From contig NZ_MTAV01000210.1 of assembly GCF_002154695.1 (NCBI RefSeq), positions 7,528-71,527 on the forward strand: a stretch of DNA of 64,000 bases, read 5' to 3'. The stretch's first letter is position 1, and each line of letters opens with the position of its first letter. A model generated the notes under the pieces. The model searched no databases. It worked only from the letters and a program-made list of their open reading frames with translations, and was not told where the DNA came from. This stretch comes from Nostoc sp. T09 (GTDB taxonomy: Bacteria > Cyanobacteriota > Cyanobacteriia > Cyanobacteriales > Nostocaceae). A program made the translations under genes and the position numbers. Below are positions 38,722-48,862 of the stretch, in pieces.

Positions 38722-41346
38722 TTAAGGTGATTGCGTAGGATTAATTGGGCTAATTAAGCCTTGGGCTGTACTAAATAGATTGATCGGACTGCGTCCATCA
38801 GTAATTAAAACACTCTGCAACCCCAAAGCTTGCAATAATCTTGCCTGCATTTCTGGCCCAGCTTGTGCCATTGCAATCAAGGTTTCTGCCCCGATAGCTT
38901 CTACTTTTTGACGGAATTCGGAACTAGTAATTTCCGCCATCCGCTGTGCTTTTTCTATCTCTAAACCAACAAGTGCTTGTTGGTGGGCGAGTTCCGCCAT
39001 CTGCCGGGCGCGTAATTGCTCTAATTCAGCTTCGGCTCGAACCCTGGCGGCTTCTGCTTCTTGTTGTGCCAAATTTACTGCTAATTCGCCTTGAATTCTC
39101 GCGGCTTCTGCTTTAGCTCTGGCTTCAGCGGTAGCATGACCTGTGGCTTCAATTGCGGCATTTTCTGCTTCTAATTCCAATAGGTTTTTCCGCTCACTTG
39201 CAGCTGCACTTTTATCGACAATTGCTTGTCTTTCTAACCTAGCTTTTGCTTCTTGTTCGATACGTTCAGCATCATGACGGGCTGCGGCTTCTTGAGCATC
39301 GGTGGTAATTTGAATCGCAATTTGCACCGATTTTTGCAGACTGTCTAAGGTACGTTCGTCAACAGGTTCGACTGATTGAATATCAACATTAAATATCACC
39401 AAGTTATTGGTTCTAAAACGGAATTCTTCGCGGATATGTCCGGCTTCATCTGTACCAAATACGGCAACGCGAATAATACGGGCAGAATTGCGATGAAATT
39501 CATCAAATTTGACGCCTGCTACTGCACCACGCACCCGCGATGCGATCGCTTTACATGCAGTATCGACAAAATCCGGTACTTGAAACAGTTTGGCGGCTGC
39601 TTGTTCGTCGTGGCGGTCTACGTCAAAATACCAGTTATAAGATAACCGCAGCTGTAGGCGTGCATGGTCGGAAGTTTCGACGGTAAATAAATCCGTCATA
39701 AAATCTGGCCCCAGTAATAACGCCAGTGACTTAATCCGATGCATTTGTTTGGGTACGCCACCAGACAAACTCAACACGCTAAAGGCTTCATCTGGGCCTA
39801 ACATCACCAAGTCGGGGCCAAAGACAGTGCGGGCTGTTCTTTCTTTATAATCATGGATTTGGACGGCGGCGTTTTGAGGAACGTGAAAGACAACCGCCTT
39901 AGTGCGATCGCGTTTTTGTGGTTGAGGTAAATTTGTTTGATCTCGGTGATGCTGTCCCCTGTCAGCAATAGGATCAAATTTATTTGCTAGTAGTTCTTCA
40001 ACGACGGTTGGTAGTTCTTTTTGCCAAAGTTCTTCATAGGGTGTGAGCATATATGCTTGAGGGCCACCCACTAGCTTGAGTTCGCCTGTTTGAATATCGC
40101 GGACGTAGATTCCTTCATTCTTATCTAGGGGGATAGCTTGGCGTTTTTCTACTACTTCCACTTCCACCCGGGGAATATAATCTCTCGGCCCAGCAATCAT
40201 CCACATATCCCCAGGTTGGCGTTGAATCAAAGTTGCGCCTTCACCTTCGCTAAAAGCTTCTCTCGCCCGCAGTAACAATGCTTCTTGCTCACCTAAAACA
40301 TAAACTTTTTCGATACCCTTTTCTAAAGATTCACCAGGATGCAAGAAAAATGAAGTTCTACCTTGACGTACTTCGCGCATTCCTAATTGCGGTTTACCTG
40401 CATCATCAATGGGGTTAACAACAATACACCATTCTCTGTCACCCAAAACGGTAATTTTAACTTCCCCTACCACTACTTCATAAACATCAGGAATGTGGAT
40501 TTCTGCATCTTCAAAAGTTACTAACCATTCATCTCCAGCTTTGCGCTGACGACCAAAAACATCATTAAATGTGCGTTGCGCCCGCAGATGTAAAGCTTTC
40601 TTTTCTGTTAACACATAGGCATTAATCATGCCTACAACTTCTTCATCAACCCCTGGTAAATAGGCTCCTTCTTCTCTAACTAACCATTCTTCACCAGATC
40701 GACGCTGATTACCTAAGCGATCGCTACAATTTTGTCGCGCCAGTAAGCGCAATGCTTGGTTGGGCTTAATTATCTGCGCTGTCACCGTTTCCATGACTTC
40801 TACTTCTACACGAGGAACATAGGTTCCCGGCCCTTCAAACAGCCACTCATCCCCCGCTAACCGATTGATATTCCTAGTTTGAATTTGCCCGTCAACGGTA
40901 ACGGTAATCGTATCAGTGAAATCTCTCAGCGATCGCAGACGCAGTGCTTGATTAGTCTCAACCACTTGCAAGCGCTTGATTTCTCCCTCTAACTCTTCGC
41001 CGGGATAAAGTGGAAATGGTTCTTGCGCAAAGCGGATTTCTTCGTCACCATACCGCAGTTTCACCTGACCAAAGTCATCAGCGATCGGTTGATTTTCCTC
41101 ATTCCGTTGCACTGGATTAGCAACAATACAATAGTGGCGAGGTGGAACCACAATCATTGGCTCAGGTTTTAATATCAACCGTTCGTGGTCGCGCAGCGTA
41201 ATGGTTTGCGGCCCAACTTCCAAGCGGGTAACACCAGTATTGTTGTCTAAAACATGAATAAATTGCTGGGGTTTGAGGCGAATGACACCGCTAGAAGTTC
41301 CCGGAGCATCGCTTTTAGTTTCAATTTTACGTTCGCTTGCATTCAT
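38722..41346 (-). CDS. mvp: major vault protein (MVP) homologue, full length
   Basis: 874 aa. Repeated ~55-aa MVP repeats (…[11 protein letters not shown]…, …[24 protein letters not shown]…, …ALRLLARQN…, …[12 protein letters not shown]…[24 protein letters not shown]…). Followed by the shoulder domain, a long Ala/Glu/Arg-rich cap helix, and a cap-ring tail ([29 protein letters not shown]), collinear with vertebrate MVP over the whole length. Confidence 0.85.
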   Translation of the reverse strand: MNASERKIETKSDAPGTSSGVIRLKPQQFIHVLDNNTGVTRLEVGPQTITLRDHERLILKPEPMIVVPPRHYCIVANPVQRNEENQPIADDFGQVKLRYGDEEIRFAQEPFPLYPGEELEGEIKRLQVVETNQALRLRSLRDFTDTITVTVDGQIQTRNINRLAGDEWLFEGPGTYVPRVEVEVMETVTAQIIKPNQALRLLARQNCSDRLGNQRRSGEEWLVREEGAYLPGVDEEVVGMINAYVLTEKKALHLRAQRTFNDVFGRQRKAGDEWLVTFEDAEIHIPDVYEVVVGEVKITVLGDREWCIVVNPIDDAGKPQLGMREVRQGRTSFFLHPGESLEKGIEKVYVLGEQEALLLRAREAFSEGEGATLIQRQPGDMWMIAGPRDYIPRVEVEVVEKRQAIPLDKNEGIYVRDIQTGELKLVGGPQAYMLTPYEELWQKELPTVVEELLANKFDPIADRGQHHRDQTNLPQPQKRDRTKAVVFHVPQNAAVQIHDYKERTARTVFGPDLVMLGPDEAFSVLSLSGGVPKQMHRIKSLALLLGPDFMTDLFTVETSDHARLQLRLSYNWYFDVDRHDEQAAAKLFQVPDFVDTACKAIASRVRGAVAGVKFDEFHRNSARIIRVAVFGTDEAGHIREEFRFRTNNLVIFNVDIQSVEPVDERTLDSLQKSVQIAIQITTDAQEAAARHDAERIEQEAKARLERQAIVDKSAAASERKNLLELEAENAAIEATGHATAEARAKAEAARIQGELAVNLAQQEAEAARVRAEAELEQLRARQMAELAHQQALVGLEIEKAQRMAEITSSEFRQKVEAIGAETLIAMAQAGPEMQARLLQALGLQSVLITDGRSPINLFSTAQGLISPINPTQSP

Positions 41347-41551
41347 AATTTTATAGATGTTTTTTACTTGTAAAATATTTTTTCAAAAGGAAATATAACT
41401 TCTACTATTTTCTGTTATTCCTGTCAGAATAAATTCCGCTTCATCCTAACCGATTTGTTAACTAATGTCTTAATCACAGAGTAAAAATGCGTATTTCCTC
41501 TGACAAGCAGCCATAGTTCGGAAATGCGATGCCTAGGTTGGGCTGCGCCTA

Positions 41552-41783
41552 CGCAATTGCCATTTTTGATACTACAATTGCCATTTCGGAGACTACAATT
41601 GCCATTTTCGATACTACAATTGCCATTTCTGAGACTACAATTGCCATTTCTGAGACTACAATTGCCGTTTCGGAGACTACAATTGCCATTTTCGATACTA
41701 CAATTGCCATTTTTGAGACTACAATTGCCATTTTTGAGACTACAATTGCTATTTCGGAGACTACAATTGCCGTTTCGGAGACT
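41552..41783. repeat. tandem array of ~11 x 21-bp repeats (unit actacaattgccatttcggag and variants), 200 bp upstream of the MVP start codon
   Basis: Strict 21-nt period. 16 conserved nt (actacaattgccattt, containing palindromic caattg) plus a 5-nt variable tail (cggag / tcgat / ctgag / ttgag). All frames are open (TTIAISE heptads on plus, MAIVVSK on minus). Confidence 0.9.
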
Positions 41784-41899
41784 TTAATTCATAAAAATTC
41801 TTACCTTCCTTCTGCCTGTCGGGAACAGGGAACAGAAAAATTCCACTTTCATGCTTGACTATGAAACTTGTTTCATCGGGACTGCCTTCTGCCTTATTT

Positions 41900-42391
41900 T
41901 CAAACTAAATCTAATTTTTTACTCATTTTTGTAACTGGAACAATTATCCCTTTCTTTAACTGATGCGGTGCCCTGGCGATAAAAGTAAAACCCAGCCGTG
42001 AATAAAATCCTTCAGCATACAGGCTAGCATTTGTAAGTACTTTATCTATACCTTGCTCGCTGGCTTGATAGCAAAAATGATTAACTAAAACTCGCCCTAT
42101 GCCTTTTCTTTGGTATTTGGGATGCACATATAAAGCTATGAGTTCATCCACAATATAACTAGCAAACCCCACAAGCACATCATCTTCGACAGCTACCCAG
42201 AAATGTTCTGCTTTCAGACTCTTCATGATATTTGAACCATCAGGCTGATCACGATAATTTCGCCAAGCTAACAGTTCTTTCTGAGAATAGAAGGTTGCTG
42301 GTAGTGCTTTTATGGCAGCAATATGAATTGCACTAATATCCCATGCATCTGTTTCTTGTGCAGGTCGAAGAACTATTTCGTTAGCGCTCAT
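41900..42391 (-). CDS. GNAT family N-acetyltransferase
   Basis: 163 aa with motif A (VHPKYQRKGIGRVLVNHFCYQASEQG). Confidence 0.75.
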   Translation of the reverse strand: MSANEIVLRPAQETDAWDISAIHIAAIKALPATFYSQKELLAWRNYRDQPDGSNIMKSLKAEHFWVAVEDDVLVGFASYIVDELIALYVHPKYQRKGIGRVLVNHFCYQASEQGIDKVLTNASLYAEGFYSRLGFTFIARAPHQLKKGIIVPVTKMSKKLDLV

Positions 42392-42522
42392 ATTTTTAGG
42401 GCTGGCATCAAAATTATATGCCTTGTGGACTTTATTTTTACAAAGATATCAAGTTTTTTATCAGGAACATAAGTTGCGATCGCAATATGTAAAAAAGCTC
42501 AATTCTTAACTGTCTACAGCCC

Positions 42523-42555
42523 AGATCCCCGACTTCTTAAAGAAGTCGGGGATCT
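42523..42555. repeat. 33-bp perfect palindrome agatccccgacttctt-a-aagaagtcggggatct (copy 2)
   Basis: Same element as 38476-38508 with a T>C / A>G compensatory pair in the stem. Here it lies in a divergent promoter region between the GNAT and the antiporter gene, with no T-run. Confidence 0.8.
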
Positions 42556-42627
42556 AACAAGTTATTGGTTGACTCTTGCCTTAAGATTGCTATACTACCT
42601 CTCCCCATTTCATCTAAGGGAAATAAA

Positions 42628-43917
42628 ATGTCAAATTTTGAGCTAGTACTCAAGCTGTTGCTGCAAATAACGGTAATTTTGATAACTTGTCGGGTTGTGA
42701 CTATTGTTGGGAAACGATATCTGGGACAAACCGATGTTGTTTGTGAAATGATTGCTGGTGTGATGTTAGGCCCATCTTTGCTGGGTTTAATCAATCCAGA
42801 CATACAGCAATGGCTATTTCCAAAAGCACCAATCTTGTTAGCGACGGGAGCAAAAATCCCCAATCCTTCAATGTCAATTCTCTTCGCTGTTAGTCAGATT
42901 GGACTAGTAATTTATATGTTTTTGATCGGTTTAGAGTTTAATACCGATCTGATTAAGCAGCGCCTCAAAAGTGCAGGTTTGGTGTCTGGTGCTGGGATAA
43001 TTGCGCCTTTTTGTTTGGGTGCAGTTGCAGCTTTTTTCTTGTATGGTAAAGGCGATCTATTCAAACCAGGGGTTACTCCTTGGGCTGCGGCTTTATATCT
43101 GGGTGCTTCTATGTCGATTACGGCATTTCCCATGTTAGCCCGGATGCTCTACGAACGCGGCATTGCCAAAACTACCTTTGGGACTTTAGCACTAGCAGCT
43201 GGTTCCATAGATGATGCGACTGCATGGTGTTTACTAGCTATTGTCCTAGCGAGTCTGAATGCCAATACAAGTATTGCCGCCTTTGCGATTGGTGGTGGGA
43301 TTGGCTACGTACTATTAACAATTTTTATTGGCAAACCAGCATTGAAAATCTTTGCTCGAATTGCAGACAAAGATGGTGGTGTGACAATTCAGACTTTAAC
43401 TTTAGTGCTGATGGTTTTGATGTTCTGTGCATGGTTTACTGATGCCATAGGCATCTATGCAGTATTTGGCGCTTTTATTTTAGGTACAGCAATGCCACGC
43501 GGTGAATTTGCCGAACAAGTACGCGATCGCACAGAATATTTGACTACAGGGTTTTTACTCCCAATATTTTTTGTCTTCTCTGGACTCAACACTCAAATAG
43601 GGCTAGTAAATACACCTACGTTGTGGGGAATTACGCTGTTAATTGTGGCGATCGCTATTTTGGGTAAAGGTATTGCTTGTATGCTAGCAGCAAAATTCGC
43701 TGGAGAAACTTGGCGTGAATCGGCAACTATTGGTGCTCTGATGAATGCTCGTGGTTTGATGGAGTTAATTATCCTCAATATTGGGCTAGAGCAAGGAGTA
43801 ATTACCCCAACTTTATTTACTATCATGGTTATTATGGCAATTGTGACAACATTGATGGCATCGCCACTAGTTGCCTTTTTATTACAAGGTACAATTTACG
43901 AAAAATTTCCAGCTTAA
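42628..43917 (+). CDS. cation:proton antiporter (CPA2 family, NapA/KefB-like)
   Basis: 12-TM Na_H_Exchanger architecture (MLGPSLLGLI..., ...LGLEFN...). Start moved to ATG 42628 (MSNFELV) because the 21-aa upstream extension is non-homologous. Confidence 0.85.
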   Translation: MSNFELVLKLLLQITVILITCRVVTIVGKRYLGQTDVVCEMIAGVMLGPSLLGLINPDIQQWLFPKAPILLATGAKIPNPSMSILFAVSQIGLVIYMFLIGLEFNTDLIKQRLKSAGLVSGAGIIAPFCLGAVAAFFLYGKGDLFKPGVTPWAAALYLGASMSITAFPMLARMLYERGIAKTTFGTLALAAGSIDDATAWCLLAIVLASLNANTSIAAFAIGGGIGYVLLTIFIGKPALKIFARIADKDGGVTIQTLTLVLMVLMFCAWFTDAIGIYAVFGAFILGTAMPRGEFAEQVRDRTEYLTTGFLLPIFFVFSGLNTQIGLVNTPTLWGITLLIVAIAILGKGIACMLAAKFAGETWRESATIGALMNARGLMELIILNIGLEQGVITPTLFTIMVIMAIVTTLMASPLVAFLLQGTIYEKFPA

Positions 43918-44324
43918 TAATAGTATTAATTGCCTATTTTTAAATAGGCTACGAGGCCAGAGGTGAAGCAGTGCAGTCTTGGAGAGCAACTGCTTCACGC
44001 GAAGGCTTTAGTTATGGAAGATTGCCTGTGATTGACTAGCTTGAAAATAGAGACTAAGAGCTAGAAAATAGGGATGTAAGCAATATATTTGAGGTAATAA
44101 TTCCTGCAAATATTGACGATTGACCATTGACTATTGACTGTCAACTAATCACTTAGGTATTAAATTAACCACAATTCATTGCTAATTACCAACCCAGTGT
44201 CGTAACAACAATTAACATCATAACCTGGCAGGATTGAAGCTGGGTTGTGTATAAAAAGGTTGACATTTTCTATTGATTTAAAGAATTATCTTAGGGAAAC
44301 CTGATAGCCACTTTCGAGGAAACT

Positions 44325-46499
44325 ATGCACACAGTAATACTCGTTCTCTTTGAGGTGCTGATTGTTATTGGACTGTCACGGCTAGTTGGACTGGCATTTA
44401 AGTCAGTTAAGCAACCGCTGGTAATTGGTGAGATTGTTGCCGGGATTATGCTCGGACCTTCTCTATTTGGTCTGATTGCACCATCAGCAGCAGCTACTGT
44501 GTTCCCACCTGAAGCAGTTCCATTTTTGAATGTGTTGTCTCAGGTGGGACTGATATTTTTCATGTTTCTTATTGGTTTGGAACTCAATCCAAAATACCTC
44601 AGCGGTCAGTTAGAAACAGCAGTTTTGACTTCTCATGTCAGCATTTTGGTGCCCTTTTCTTTAGGCACACTATTAGCAGTGTTGCTGTATCCTCTGGTTT
44701 CCAATGCTAGTGTTTCCTTTACCGCCTTTGCCCTATTTTTGGGGGCGGCGATGTCGATTACAGCTTTTCCTGTATTGGCGCGAATTATTACAGAGAACAA
44801 CTTACAAGGAACGCGCTTAGGAACATTGGCGTTAACTTGCGCTGCTGTGGATGATGTGACGGCTTGGTGTTTATTAGCAGTAGCGATCGCGGTAGCGAGA
44901 GAAGGTAGCATTGCTAGTGCATTCCCGACAATTATCGCCAGCTTACTCTACATCGGTTTCATGGTGACAGTGGGACGTTGGTTTCTCAAACGCCTTGCTA
45001 GCCACTACCAACGCACCAGACGCCTGAGCCAATTGGTAGTAGCGTCGATTTATATGGGAGTCGTGGCTTCTGCTCTGATCACCGAACTAATTGGCATTCA
45101 CCTGATTTTTGGGGCCTTTTTACTGGGTGCAGCCATGCCCAAGAATGCAGATCTAGTCAGGGAACTGGCAGAAAAAACCGAAGATTTTGTATTGGTATTT
45201 CTGCTACCAGTGTTCTTTGCCTTTAGTGGTTTGCGGACGCAAGTAGGCTTGCTCAACCGTCCGGAGTTGTGGTTACTGTGTGCATTGGTATTAGCAGTGG
45301 CGATCGCAGGCAAGTATATTGGTACTTATGTCGCAGCTCGCGTCAGTGGCATTAATAAGCGGGAAGCATCGGCCCTTGGTTGGTTAATGAATACTCGCGG
45401 CTTGACCGAGTTAATCGTGCTCAATATTGGTCTGGATTTAGGCGTGATTTCCCCTGTACTCTTTACCATGCTAGTGATTATGGCATTGGTAACGACATTT
45501 ATGACCTCACCACTACTGGAATGGACATATCCGAAAAAGCTGATCAAGTTAGATCGCTTAGAGCCAGAATTGGAAGCAGCCGAGAAGGAAACTACTGTTA
45601 GTAGCGAGTACCGAATTTTAGTACCAGTAGCTAATCCCAGTACCCAAAAAGGCTTATTGCAGTTAGCAGTAGCCATCGCCCTTAATTATCGCCAACCTGC
45701 TGTAGTTCATCCCCTCAGCTTGATTGAATTTGAAGAAGACTATGCCTTCGAGAGCACACCAGTTGAGGCTAACCGATTAATTGAGCAACGCCACCAACAG
45801 CTAGAAGAATTAATTAATACTTTAGAACCACCAACCTCACGTTCTTATGTACAGCCTATCATCCGCCTATCGAGCAATGTTGCTAGAGAAACAGCAGATA
45901 TTGCCAGAATTGAGCAACCTAATCTGATTTTAGTAGGTTGGCACCGTCCGGCTTTTAGTAACAATCGCTTAGGTGGCAGAGTTGGTCAAATTCTGACTAC
46001 TGCACCTGTGGATGTAGCAGTTTTTATTGACCGAGGAGGGGAGCGATTAGAAAGCTTGTTAGTTCCTTACTCTGCAAATATCCATGATGATTTGGCGCTA
46101 ATACTGGCCTTGAGATTGCTCATCAACCGCGATACTTGTACATTGCAGATTTTACAAGTAGTTTCAGAAAATCAAGTCAACAACGAATTGAGTTACGAGC
46201 TACACACGATGATGGGACAAATGCCAGAAAGTGTACGCGATCGCATTGAAATCAAGACGATTGAGTCGCCAGAGCCAATGCAAGCAGTAGTCGCAGCTTC
46301 CGAAGCAGTTGACCTAACGATTGCTGGTACTAGCCGCGCATGGGGTATCGAACGCCAAACTCTAGGAAGATATACAGATCAACTAGCGATTCAATGTCGT
46401 TCCTCGTTGCTAATTACCCGCCGCTATAGTCAGGTCACATCTCATTTATCCTCAGTGCTGTCTGAGGTTACTAGTCAGGAATCGGTCGCTAAGAGCTGA
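44325..46499 (+). CDS. cation:proton antiporter (CPA family) fused to a C-terminal cytoplasmic regulatory domain (USP-like, tandem)
   Basis: N-terminal 400 aa are paralogous to the upstream antiporter (MLGPSLFGLI...LIGLELN). The C-terminal ~320 aa are soluble and resemble two universal-stress-protein-like modules (YRILVPVANPSTQKGLLQLAVAIA...; ...VDVAVFIDRGG...). Confidence 0.75.
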   Translation: MHTVILVLFEVLIVIGLSRLVGLAFKSVKQPLVIGEIVAGIMLGPSLFGLIAPSAAATVFPPEAVPFLNVLSQVGLIFFMFLIGLELNPKYLSGQLETAVLTSHVSILVPFSLGTLLAVLLYPLVSNASVSFTAFALFLGAAMSITAFPVLARIITENNLQGTRLGTLALTCAAVDDVTAWCLLAVAIAVAREGSIASAFPTIIASLLYIGFMVTVGRWFLKRLASHYQRTRRLSQLVVASIYMGVVASALITELIGIHLIFGAFLLGAAMPKNADLVRELAEKTEDFVLVFLLPVFFAFSGLRTQVGLLNRPELWLLCALVLAVAIAGKYIGTYVAARVSGINKREASALGWLMNTRGLTELIVLNIGLDLGVISPVLFTMLVIMALVTTFMTSPLLEWTYPKKLIKLDRLEPELEAAEKETTVSSEYRILVPVANPSTQKGLLQLAVAIALNYRQPAVVHPLSLIEFEEDYAFESTPVEANRLIEQRHQQLEELINTLEPPTSRSYVQPIIRLSSNVARETADIARIEQPNLILVGWHRPAFSNNRLGGRVGQILTTAPVDVAVFIDRGGERLESLLVPYSANIHDDLALILALRLLINRDTCTLQILQVVSENQVNNELSYELHTMMGQMPESVRDRIEIKTIESPEPMQAVVAASEAVDLTIAGTSRAWGIERQTLGRYTDQLAIQCRSSLLITRRYSQVTSHLSSVLSEVTSQESVAKS

Positions 46500-46503
46500 A
46501 ACA

Positions 46504-47025
46504 ATGAATCATTTTAATTTAAAATCCTTAGCCTTTTATGGCATAGCCATCGGTTCAGTTCTCCTGCTGTTTAAAACTGTCAGCGCTTATGGGGAAACTA
46601 ATCTTAAAGCTCCCCCTGCAATTAACAATCGCTATCGTCTGACTTTGGCGGACGATATACCTAACTGTGAAAAACCAGATGCTTTGATACTCAACCTTCA
46701 ACAATCAGGTATTTACTTCAATGCCTCTTTCTTACCAGCAAATACTGATGCTGAAATTGCCACTAGCAATCCCAAAAATGATTCTCTTTCAGGCATATTG
46801 AGAAATAAAGAATTGAGTTTATCTGGCAAAATTGACAGATCCCTTCTGTGTAATATTGCTTCTACTCAAAATGCACTCGTTCACTTAGCTACAATGCAAA
46901 TGCAATTGGTAGAACAAGGAAATTTTACTGGTCAATTGACTTTAAGAGGTAGCACTAGAAATTTTAGATTTACAGCTGTACCACAAAAAGCTCAAGAAAA
47001 ATCTCAACAGCTTAAAAAGCATTAA
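46504..47025 (+). CDS. hypothetical secreted protein
   Basis: 173 aa with N-terminal signal peptide (LAFYGIAIGSVLLLFKTVSAYG). Begins 2 bp after the antiporter stop. Confidence 0.4.
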   Translation: MNHFNLKSLAFYGIAIGSVLLLFKTVSAYGETNLKAPPAINNRYRLTLADDIPNCEKPDALILNLQQSGIYFNASFLPANTDAEIATSNPKNDSLSGILRNKELSLSGKIDRSLLCNIASTQNALVHLATMQMQLVEQGNFTGQLTLRGSTRNFRFTAVPQKAQEKSQQLKKH

Positions 47026-47069
47026 AAGAACAGCAGCAATGAAAAATAGAAAATTATTAGATAAAAATT

Positions 47070-48020
47070 ATGGACCAAGGTTTAAGAACTCAGCAATTTT
47101 TAAAATTTTGCCAGCAGCTATTTGGTATTAGCTTGTTTGGTGTCTACATAACAATTACTCTACAAGCTGGTAGCAGTAGTGCCAAACCAGTTGCGAAGCC
47201 GCCACAAGCACCCAATTATCCCAATGTACCACTTGTGTCCACTCCATTAGCCAGGCTGGATAATTGGCGTTTTTCTCCAGAGGTTTTACAACTAGAATTT
47301 GCTCTTTCAGCAGGTACAACACCTCATCACTTCTATCTTGCACAACCTCCACGTATTGTTGTAGATTTACCCAATACCAAATTGGGATATGTTCCTACAC
47401 AACAAAATTATTCTGGAGCTATCCAAAGAGTTCGCGTTTCCCAATTGAACACAGGCGTAACTCGGATTGTTTTAGATTTAGCACCAGGGAATTTTTTCGA
47501 TCCTAATCAGATGAAATTGCAACCTTTATCTAAAAAAAACCCTACGCGCTGGGTTTTACGTCCTTTCAGCCCTGGTTATCGAAACTCTGCAAAACCAGGA
47601 AACTATCCGCAATTGCCTGGAAACGTCCCGTTAAATCCTTATAACTACCCACAACAACCTAGCAACTTACCGCAATTCCCATATAACTATCCACAACAAC
47701 CTATTAGCCAACCACCAACTACTAACCAACAATTACCCTTTTTTACTTTACCGCCACCATCTAACAACTTGCCTGCAATACCTATTAACCAACAACAACC
47801 TTTTGTCGTTGTACCGCCCCTTACACCTAACAACCAATCTCAACTACCCAGTTCTACACTTCCTCCACCTATTTTCTCAAATCAACCTGGTAACTTTAAC
47901 AACCCTGCTGCTATTGCTAAACCTGATTTTCCCATCCCTACAGTTCCTCAATATCCACCTAATGTTCCCGAAACAACGGTGATTGAGTTTGGTCAACCTA
48001 TTCCCAAAACAAGAAATTAA
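47070..48020 (+). CDS. AMIN-domain protein with proline-rich C-terminal region
   Basis: Residues ~60-150 (LDNWRFSPEVLQLEFALSAGTTPHHFYLAQPPRIVVDLPNTKLGYVP...IQRVRVSQLNTGVTRIVLDLAPG) match the AMIN beta-sandwich. This is followed by ~150 aa of P/N/Q-rich low complexity. Confidence 0.55.
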   Translation: MDQGLRTQQFLKFCQQLFGISLFGVYITITLQAGSSSAKPVAKPPQAPNYPNVPLVSTPLARLDNWRFSPEVLQLEFALSAGTTPHHFYLAQPPRIVVDLPNTKLGYVPTQQNYSGAIQRVRVSQLNTGVTRIVLDLAPGNFFDPNQMKLQPLSKKNPTRWVLRPFSPGYRNSAKPGNYPQLPGNVPLNPYNYPQQPSNLPQFPYNYPQQPISQPPTTNQQLPFFTLPPPSNNLPAIPINQQQPFVVVPPLTPNNQSQLPSSTLPPPIFSNQPGNFNNPAAIAKPDFPIPTVPQYPPNVPETTVIEFGQPIPKTRN

Positions 48021-48135
48021 TGGCGATAAAAAGAAGCGAGGAGCTAGAGAGGTGAGAATGAATTATAAATTAATTTTTCGCTAGCTTCCCCTACTTTTTT
48101 ATCTTCTTTAAATCTCAAGTTTCGTTGCCAAGCTA

Positions 48136-48702
48136 TTAAAATCTATCCGTTTCTTGCGTTGGCGCAACTGCTCCTGGTTGAGACATGAAAAAGTTTTGAG
48201 CCGACTCATTCTGGTAAATACATCTAATATCAGGTTTGTCAGTGTCCAAGTTACCTGTGAAACCAAAAGTGTTCAGGCGGTTCTTACATTCTCTTACCTG
48301 GTCAGATGTTACTAGCTTTCGCTGCTCTAAAAGTGCCCAGTTATTTTGGCGGAGAACGCATCCAGGGCGCATACTAGGTTGAGCAACGTAGACATTGAAA
48401 GGGTTGAGAGTTACAAAAAGTCTGGCGTCCATCACCATAGCGCTGGCTCCGTATTGCACGCAAATCTCAGGGTTTGGTGCTTTAGTATCAATAAATTCAC
48501 GGGAAGCCACATTTGATGGGGACAAAGTGGTTGTAGAGCTAAAAGCAATGCCAATTCCAATCCCTAACACAAGGACGCCCCCCAAAATCGCTATGGTGGT
48601 GAAGTTAAATATAGGAGATTGGAATGCAGAAGATTTAGAACTATTAGCCGATCTACTAGTGGTTGTACGTCTCATTGTCGCTGGTTTACCTTCACGCCTC
48701 AA
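48136..48702 (-). CDS. conserved hypothetical membrane protein (single TM, Cys-containing extracytoplasmic domain; DUF3172-like)
   Basis: 188 aa. Basic N-terminus, then a TM (IFNFTTIAILGGVLVLGIGIGIAF), then a C-terminal domain with 4 Cys. The family assignment is from memory and tentative. Confidence 0.4.
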   Translation of the reverse strand: MRREGKPATMRRTTTSRSANSSKSSAFQSPIFNFTTIAILGGVLVLGIGIGIAFSSTTTLSPSNVASREFIDTKAPNPEICVQYGASAMVMDARLFVTLNPFNVYVAQPSMRPGCVLRQNNWALLEQRKLVTSDQVRECKNRLNTFGFTGNLDTDKPDIRCIYQNESAQNFFMSQPGAVAPTQETDRF

Positions 48703-48862
48703 ATAGCAGGGAGTTGTCTAAAATGCTCTCCCTCTTTAAGTATGCCGAGAATTGAGGAGAATTGCCCGCAAGTTTCTAGATTTTTGTTTAAAAACAAAAA
48801 TAGCAAATTTTTTAGCTATTTGAGAAGCATAGCAATCAGCCCCATTTTACGATGCTGTGTAT

